From an uncultured Chloroflexia bacterium (GTDB lineage: Bacteria > Chloroflexota > Chloroflexia > QHBQ01 > JADMIH01), in assembly GCA_963797095.1 (NCBI GenBank), contig CAWCNY010000006.1, forward strand, positions 576,001-640,000: a stretch of 64,000 nt of DNA, in the 5' to 3' direction. Within the stretch, counting starts at the first letter, position 1. Each line of letters opens with the position of its first letter. A program made the translations under genes and the position numbers. Of this stretch, positions 57,640 through 64,000 are shown piece by piece. The notes below the pieces were generated by a model. That model searched no databases. It saw only the letters and a list, made by a program, of their open reading frames with translations, and had not been told where the DNA came from.

Positions 57640-58857
57640 ATGCACGTAGCGTTCAACGGATATTTCTGGGATCAACCTCGCACAGGGTCGGGCCAATATT
57701 CGAGGCATTTGTGGTCTGCTCTCGATGCGATAGCCCCTCCATCCGACTGTTTCACTCTATTACTGCCCCCAGGCATGCCCCCACTTGAGGTACCCGTAAG
57801 TGAGCGTGCTGTAGTTGCGGAAAGCGCGCCTATCCCTCTAGTTGGTGGCAGGCTGGGCAAACTGGACAAGATTACGTGGGAGAGTGCGGGAGTGGCCCGT
57901 GCCACGCACCGCACCCGCGCTGATATCCTCCACGCCCCATACCTGTCCGCTCCCCTGCCCGCGCTAAGGCTGCCCAGGATAGTTGTTACAGCGCACGATA
58001 TGATCCCGTGGGTCGTCCCCGGCTACGCAGGGCCTCTCTCCGTCCGCCTCTATCTGCGGCTTGCCACTGCCTGCGTGCGGAGGGCCGACCTGATCCTGGC
58101 CGATTCCAATGCCTCTCGCCGCGACGTAATAAAAGTGCTGAAAGTTCTCCCCGGCAAAGTGCACACCGTTCACCTGGGCATGGAGAGCCACCCAGACTAT
58201 ACTCCACAGCAAATAGCCGAAGTGAAAGCAAAGCATGGTCTGCCTGAGGACTATGTGTTCTATCTGGGCGGGTTCGACAGGCGGAAGAATGTGCCGTTGC
58301 TCTTACGTGCATGGCACTCCGCCCTCTCCCGAATGGATGGGCCAACTCCTGTGCTGGCGATAGGCGGGAGCGTGCCCAAACCAGGCGGCGTCTTCCCCGA
58401 TGTAAGAGGCGAGGCGCGGCAACTGGGATTCGGCCAGGAAGGCGGACCTGTACACTTCCTGGGCCGTGTGAGCGAGCAAGATAAGCCATTGCTTATGGCC
58501 GGGGCGCGTCTGTTTGCCTACCCTTCGGCCTACGAAGGTTTTGGTCTCGACCCACTTGAAGCCATGTCCGTGGGGTGTCCTGTAGTCTCTTCCTCAGGCG
58601 GTTCGCTGGAGGAAGTGGTCGGTACCGCCGGCCTCGTGGTCCCGCCCAACGACGAGGCGGCGCTGGCGAACGCTATTGTGTGCGCCTGGAACAACCCTGA
58701 CCTTCGTGCTGACCTATCCGGGAAAGGCCGCCTGCGGGCCATGAACTTCACGTGGCACAGAACCGCCGAGCAAACGCTTGCGCTGTATAGAAAGCTTCAA
58801 CTTCACACAAACCAGGAACTCGGAACTCGGAACTCGGAACTCGGAACTCGGCATTAG
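57640..58857 (+). CDS. Glycosyltransferase family 4
   Basis: TAHD, RKNV, PSAYEGFGLDPLEAM. Confidence 0.93.
   Translation: MHVAFNGYFWDQPRTGSGQYSRHLWSALDAIAPPSDCFTLLLPPGMPPLEVPVSERAVVAESAPIPLVGGRLGKLDKITWESAGVARATHRTRADILHAPYLSAPLPALRLPRIVVTAHDMIPWVVPGYAGPLSVRLYLRLATACVRRADLILADSNASRRDVIKVLKVLPGKVHTVHLGMESHPDYTPQQIAEVKAKHGLPEDYVFYLGGFDRRKNVPLLLRAWHSALSRMDGPTPVLAIGGSVPKPGGVFPDVRGEARQLGFGQEGGPVHFLGRVSEQDKPLLMAGARLFAYPSAYEGFGLDPLEAMSVGCPVVSSSGGSLEEVVGTAGLVVPPNDEAALANAIVCAWNNPDLRADLSGKGRLRAMNFTWHRTAEQTLALYRKLQLHTNQELGTRNSELGTRH
58815..58851. repeat. Heptamer tandem repeat (GGAACTC)x5 inside the 3' end of the GT4 gene
   Basis: Read directly; translated as ELGTRNSELGTR. Confidence 0.9.
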
Positions 58858-58877
58858 GAATCAACGGAGAAGAACGA

Positions 58878-60029
58878 GTGCGCGTAATGTGGATATGGCA
58901 CGCGGCGGTGGTAGCCGAATACAGGAAGCCTCTGTATCAACTGGCTAAACACCGCAATCTGGACCTGACGCTACTGATCCCAAAGAGATGGCCTGAGCGT
59001 GCGGGTCAGATGGTCCGTGCCGAGTCTGATTGCCTGGAGGGCGACGCGCCCAACTACCGTGTTATCAAGGCGCGCACACTGTTCACCGGTCTCTATTACA
59101 TGTATCTGTTCCCAAGTCTGCTGTACCAACTGCTCAAATATCGCCCGCAAATTATCTACTGCTATGAAGAGGCCCACACTCTCATGTCGGCGCTTGTGCT
59201 GTTAATACGGCGCATCTTCATGCCTGAGAGCAAGGTCTTGCTCTACGCGGCGCAGAATATCAAGAAGCGCTACCCGGTGCCGTTCAGGTGGTTCGAGCGC
59301 TATTGCTTCCGAAGGGCTGATGCCATCCTCGCGTGCGGCACCCAGGTAGTGCGCACGCTCCGTTCAAAGGGCTATCGGGGCGCTCTTCACGTAGTGGCCC
59401 TCCCAACCGATATGGATACGTTCGCCCCTGATCCCGTCAGGAGACAAGTTGGCCGTACTGCTCTTGGCCTCGCCGACAATGACCTGGCAATTGGCTACGC
59501 CGGTAAATTCGTAGAAGAAAAGGGCTTGCGGACGCTGTTGGATGCTTTCGAGATTGTGGCAGTGAAGCACCCGGATGCTCATCTGGTGCTTGCGGGTGGT
59601 GGCCCGTTGCGCCGTGAGTTGGAGGAGGCATCTCAACGCGCCGGGTTGGCGGGCCGGGTGCATATACCCGGCTTGCTGCATAATTCGGATCTGCCTCAAT
59701 TTATGAACGCCCTCGATCTCTTCGTGCTACCATCCGAGACACGTAGCAATTGGCGCGAACAATTCGGGCGGGTGGCGGTAGAAGCTATGGCGTGCGGCAC
59801 GCCTGTCGTGGGGTCCGATTCGGGGGAAATACCCGCTGTACTTGGCGACTCAGGCCTCACTTTTCATGAAGGCGATAAGGATGCCCTGGCTAACTGTCTC
59901 CACGAAGTCTTATCCAATCCTGATCTTCGCGCTCGTCTATCCAGGAAAGGGCGCGACCGAGCCGTCCGGCATTTCTCGCTTGAGCAGATCGCTCGCAAGC
60001 ACCTCGCCATCTATGAGGAGTTGGGGTGA
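58878..60029 (+). CDS. Glycosyltransferase family 4
   Basis: GKFVEEKG, LPS....WREQFGRVAVEAMACG. Confidence 0.93.
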   Translation: MRVMWIWHAAVVAEYRKPLYQLAKHRNLDLTLLIPKRWPERAGQMVRAESDCLEGDAPNYRVIKARTLFTGLYYMYLFPSLLYQLLKYRPQIIYCYEEAHTLMSALVLLIRRIFMPESKVLLYAAQNIKKRYPVPFRWFERYCFRRADAILACGTQVVRTLRSKGYRGALHVVALPTDMDTFAPDPVRRQVGRTALGLADNDLAIGYAGKFVEEKGLRTLLDAFEIVAVKHPDAHLVLAGGGPLRRELEEASQRAGLAGRVHIPGLLHNSDLPQFMNALDLFVLPSETRSNWREQFGRVAVEAMACGTPVVGSDSGEIPAVLGDSGLTFHEGDKDALANCLHEVLSNPDLRARLSRKGRDRAVRHFSLEQIARKHLAIYEELG

Positions 60030-61633
60030 GTGCCGGTGAACGCTCGGCGCTGCCTGTCCTCGGCAGATGGGCGCTGGTGGCGGCGCTCGCTTTCGCGTTC
60101 CTGACCGCCTGGATCAACAACCCCGGCGCTGATGGCTCATACGCGCTAGGCAGGGCCAATTCGCTCTTGCGAGATGGCTATTATTCACAGGCTGCTTCTC
60201 TCCTAGAAAACACCCTCAAGACTTACCAGGGGCCGCAGGTGCGCCTCTCCCTTTCATATGTCTACCTTGCCCGCCGTGACGCGGTGCGCGCCGAGCGGCA
60301 GGTGAGGATCGCCCTGCCCTCGGCCTCCCCCACTTTGCGACTTTTTCTGCTAGCTCAACTGGGGCGCGTATTACGCTTCGTCGGGCGTCCGGATGAGGCT
60401 CTTGCCGCTTGGCAGCAGGTCGAGAACGAGGCTTTGCCCTACCTGGACATGGCAGAGGTGCGTGCCGCCACGCGGTCCTCCCAGTGGAACATAGCTATGC
60501 TCCTGTGGGCGCGGGGTGATTGGGATGCCGCCAGAGCAGGGCTTGAATCGCTACTTGATGGTGATGATGTCTATTCGCTGTCCGCGCGTGTGAAACTGGC
60601 CCAGTTGCTGGCGTTTTCCGATAGCGACTCTTCTGCAAGGTTGGAAGACGAGGCGCGTAGCCATCTTCCCCTCGTAGGCGTAGGGGCCGCAATCCCTAAC
60701 CTGCGTGTGCCGGGCCTTGAAGAAGGTCTCGCGAACGGCGAAATAGAGAGCATCCTTGCCACGCTCGACAAGGCGCGAATCGAAGTTGCGGCGACGGCCC
60801 AAAGGGGTGTTGGCGATGCGGTTGTGCAGACGCTATGGGGTGGGGCATACCTGCAAATGGGCGAAAACCTCCTTGCCAAACTCTATCTGCAACAGGCAAT
60901 CTCCCTCCAACCCGATTATGCGCCAGCCCACGCACGCCTGGCACTGGCCCTATTTACATTAGGCGACGAACAAGCGGCTCTGGCTCAAGTGCAAACAGCA
61001 GTACAACTGGACGGCAACGATCCTCTCGCCAGGCACGTGCTGGCGCGTATCTACACGGCGACGGGCAATTGGGATCAGGCCGAGGAGCAACTTCAAGCCC
61101 TGAACCGGCTCCAGCCAGGCGGCCTGGAAACTCACCTTGAATGGGCCGAGTTTTACCGCTTGCAAGGTGAATATGATCAAGCCGAGAGCGAGTATATAGA
61201 GGCCGTAAACGCCCAGATCGTGGCAAGCGCTCTACCTGGCATAACGACCGATGGCGTAGAAGAGGACACCAACGCCGCCGTGATCCTTGCGCGCTTCTAC
61301 ACGGACGTGCGCGGTTTCGGCTGCGAGAAAGGGCTTCCCGCAGCCCGCGAAGCAGTATCCCTACGCCCCGATGACCCCGCCGGGCTGGATGCGATAGGTT
61401 GGGCGCTGGTGATCTGCGACCAGCCCCAGCAAGCCTTATCCTCCTTGAAGAACGCTATCGCTCGCTCGCCCAACGAGCCGCGCTACCACTTCCATCTTGC
61501 ACACGCCTACAGAGACCTCGGCATGTACGATGACGCCCGCGATCAATACAACAGAGTGATCGACCTCGACCCAGGCGGCTCCTGGGAGCACCTGGCGCTA
61601 ACCGAATTGGTCAACCTCTCGCAAGGGGAATGA
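60026..61633 (+). CDS. Membrane-anchored TPR protein
   Basis: N-terminal TM followed by TPR motifs; overlaps the GT4 stop (GTGA). Confidence 0.8.
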   Translation: MSAGERSALPVLGRWALVAALAFAFLTAWINNPGADGSYALGRANSLLRDGYYSQAASLLENTLKTYQGPQVRLSLSYVYLARRDAVRAERQVRIALPSASPTLRLFLLAQLGRVLRFVGRPDEALAAWQQVENEALPYLDMAEVRAATRSSQWNIAMLLWARGDWDAARAGLESLLDGDDVYSLSARVKLAQLLAFSDSDSSARLEDEARSHLPLVGVGAAIPNLRVPGLEEGLANGEIESILATLDKARIEVAATAQRGVGDAVVQTLWGGAYLQMGENLLAKLYLQQAISLQPDYAPAHARLALALFTLGDEQAALAQVQTAVQLDGNDPLARHVLARIYTATGNWDQAEEQLQALNRLQPGGLETHLEWAEFYRLQGEYDQAESEYIEAVNAQIVASALPGITTDGVEEDTNAAVILARFYTDVRGFGCEKGLPAAREAVSLRPDDPAGLDAIGWALVICDQPQQALSSLKNAIARSPNEPRYHFHLAHAYRDLGMYDDARDQYNRVIDLDPGGSWEHLALTELVNLSQGE

Positions 61634-61714
61634 AACGTGAGGACGATGGACTATCATAACGAGTGACGAGTGACAGAGTAAGTAGTGCGCAATAGTCACC
61701 TATCACGTCACGCA

Positions 61715-62464
61715 CTATCTCCCTTCCAGGTAAGCATCCACGCCCAACAAGTATGCTGCATTCACCAGCATGGTATCTCGATCATCTTCATTATCCAAAT
61801 TATATATATAGATGTTGGGAATGTTCGTGGAATCGAGGGTAGGTGAGGCGACTAAAGTGTAGCCATCAGGCAGAACCCTCATAAACGGCAGCCATTCGCG
61901 TGGGAGCTCTTTCGTGCTGAAAGGCTCATGCCCTTCGTCGAGCGCTTCCGCCGTGTTCCACGAGAGGGTGGCAGCCCATAACCTGTAATACCGTGTGCTC
62001 TCCGTGATATGCGAACTGAGGGCCAGCGCAAAGCGATTGTTCGGCGTGACAGTGATCCAGGTGCTCTTTACCTTGGTGTACTGGCCTGGGATCTGCAATT
62101 CGTTCCTGTCGGTGCGGGCCAGTGTGTTCCTCCCCTGCCACAACTCCAGGCCCGGAACATAATCGTCCATCAGGTAATTGAACCCTATCACATACACATC
62201 GTCCTTGCCCCGGCCCGTAGTTACAGCGAACAGGCCGGTCTTAAGTCTGCTCGATTCCCCGGTCGCGATGTCATACACGAAAACCTCATAGTCGTGCCTG
62301 AACCTCCTGTTGTCTGTGAAGATAAGGATGTGATTGCCGTCCCGTGTAAACTCTCCAAGCAGGTCAGTTTCAAAGCCGTCAGGCGTCGGATTAGGCAGTG
62401 TGGCAATATTCTGCGAGCGCGGTTCGTTTTACGTCCCTTCGGTTGTGATCTCTTCAACATCCAT
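61715..62464 (-). pseudogene. Hypothetical beta-propeller-like gene with an early in-frame stop (or 5'-truncated remnant)
   Basis: The frame is open from 62428 to 61715. ATG 62464 overlaps the upstream stop, but codon 12 (62431-62429) is TAA. Confidence 0.5.
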
Positions 62465-63291
62465 CAAATTGCTTTCGCCCGCCCCGCCATATCGAGAAAC
62501 AAAGCAAGTCCCTTCTGCTCGCCGTTGCCGAGGTTGTAAGTCTGCCGGGCGAATAACTCCTTCACGCGCTCCGGTTTCAGGTTCACGCAGGCCGTCGCCG
62601 CATCCACCACCGAGCTAGCCTGTTCCGCAGCCGCTCGTTGTGATAGCCTGATGGCGGCTTGCATCGCCGCACCAGCGCCCGGCTTGTGCTCCTCCAGGTC
62701 TCGTCTGCAGCACAGCACCTCCCATACCATCGGCAAACCCGTGAGTATCCACCACGCCAGCCCCAGGTCCTCCGCCACTCCTCCCTTCGCTTTGGTCTGT
62801 TCCCCCGCCTTCACAGCCTCATCACCGAACATGAGGCGCGCCGTTGCCTTCTCATATCCTTCGTCTTCTTGTGTGCACGTCTTCAGCGTAATCCCATAGT
62901 AAGGTGCCAGCAATGTCCGCAGCAAGTGGTCGGCTGTGGTGCCTTCTTCATCTGGCGCAATAGCCACATTCTCCCCCTCGATAAGATCGATGCGCTTTGG
63001 CGCGAGCAGCAGCGCCGTCTCGCACGCGCCCGCGCAGGCCAGCCCCCACCCTCCAAGCGGCGCGAGCTTGCTTCCCCATTTCTGTGCGGCAGCCGGTGGC
63101 ACGAACGCCGCATCGATCTCGCCCGACAGCACCTTTTCGGTAAAGGTCCTGTGCTCGTGGCTAGCCAATTGCAGACGCCACGGCGATTCAGGCCCGACCC
63201 ACCCCGCCTCAAGCGGATAAAGCAAAGGCGCGAAGTTGACCCTGCGATAGTATCCCATGCGCAATTCATGAAGGTCATTGGACGAGGCCAC
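62464..63291 (-). CDS. MqnA/MqnD-family periplasmic-binding-fold protein (chorismate dehydratase-like)
   Basis: RMGY...NFAPL, LSGEIDAAFVP, ARLMFGDEA, DLGLAWWILTGLPMVW; GTG start after AGGAG. Confidence 0.78.
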   Translation of the reverse strand: MASSNDLHELRMGYYRRVNFAPLLYPLEAGWVGPESPWRLQLASHEHRTFTEKVLSGEIDAAFVPPAAAQKWGSKLAPLGGWGLACAGACETALLLAPKRIDLIEGENVAIAPDEEGTTADHLLRTLLAPYYGITLKTCTQEDEGYEKATARLMFGDEAVKAGEQTKAKGGVAEDLGLAWWILTGLPMVWEVLCCRRDLEEHKPGAGAAMQAAIRLSQRAAAEQASSVVDAATACVNLKPERVKELFARQTYNLGNGEQKGLALFLDMAGRAKAI

Positions 63292-63395
63292 AGCAAACTC
63301 CTTTTGACGGTAAGTTGTCTCTCGATCTTGCCACAGCGCCGTGCCCTGCGCAAGCCACTTTACCAACTTGGATACTGGTGCTCACAGCGGTGCCC

Positions 63396-64000
63396 CTACT
63401 CGTTCAGCACTGGTAACACCTGTTCGACCAGCAGTTCCAGCGTCGTCAGGTCAGGGAACCCGCCACAATCCAGCATGAAATAATCCACACCCACCTCCAC
63501 AAAAGCGCGCATCTGCTCTATCACCTGCTCCGGTGTGCCTACAAATCCAAAATCATCCTCGTCATTCTGAGGGCTAAAAAGATCACGCGCAAACATTTCG
63601 GCTTGCTCCTCCGTGTATGCACAAGCGCACCCGCCTACCCACGTCCTCCTCACCGTAGTTGGATCGCGCCCTACTTCAGTGCAAGCCCTTTCAAGCTCCT
63701 CGACCAACCGTCCATAACGATTCGGCCCCACCGACGATACGTTCCACCAGTCAGCGTATCTGGCCGTCAAGCGCAGCATCTTCGGCCCGAATGCACCGAT
63801 CATTATTGGCGGAACAGGGTTGGGGCGCGGCTCGCAGCTCGCGCCCTTAACCCTGTAATGCATTCCCTCGAAGGTCGTCTCTTCTCGTTCCCACATCGCC
63901 TTGATGATCTGCAAAGTCTCATCTAACTGCTCCACCCGCATCCGGTCGGGCGGGAACTCGTAGCCGCATGCCCTGTACTCGTCTTTGTTCCAGCCCGCCC
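63396..64000 (-). CDS. LLM-class flavin/F420-dependent oxidoreductase, partial (5' end beyond window)
   Basis: FEGMHY, PPIMIGAFGPKMLRLTARYADWWN, GTPEQV. Confidence 0.9.
   Translation of the reverse strand, partial: AGWNKDEYRACGYEFPPDRMRVEQLDETLQIIKAMWEREETTFEGMHYRVKGASCEPRPNPVPPIMIGAFGPKMLRLTARYADWWNVSSVGPNRYGRLVEELERACTEVGRDPTTVRRTWVGGCACAYTEEQAEMFARDLFSPQNDEDDFGFVGTPEQVIEQMRAFVEVGVDYFMLDCGGFPDLTTLELLVEQVLPVLNE

Overview
Chromosomal window (about 58-60% GC by eye) that is most likely from a Chloroflexota bacterium. The evidence for this is the rplI-dnaB-dnaD-dnaC-like order, NB-ARC/TPR STAND regulators, PT-rich surface proteins and heptameric intergenic repeats; the lineage is an inference. 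Housekeeping genes include pnp, rpsO, rplI, an intein-containing dnaB, mobA and cdaA. There are also EPS/glycosylation genes, surface beta-propeller proteins and oxidoreductases. The most unusual element is a six-gene operon (51135-57453, minus strand) homologous to group-4 [NiFe]-hydrogenase/complex I modules. Its large subunit keeps both CxxC motifs, but its small subunit has lost all four Fe-S cysteines and its antiporter-like subunits appear to lack the conserved channel charges. Other notable items: (1) an LLM oxidoreductase-MenA/UbiA prenyltransferase fusion plus a CPBP protease, under a near-consensus sigma70 promoter with a Rex/CRP-like operator; (2) a DUF1772-like gene enclosed by ~80-bp inverted repeats, with a 9-bp tandem array ending at its RBS; (3) two interrupted genes. 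No rRNA, tRNA or CRISPR array was recognised. All family calls are from motif recognition by eye, not database searches.
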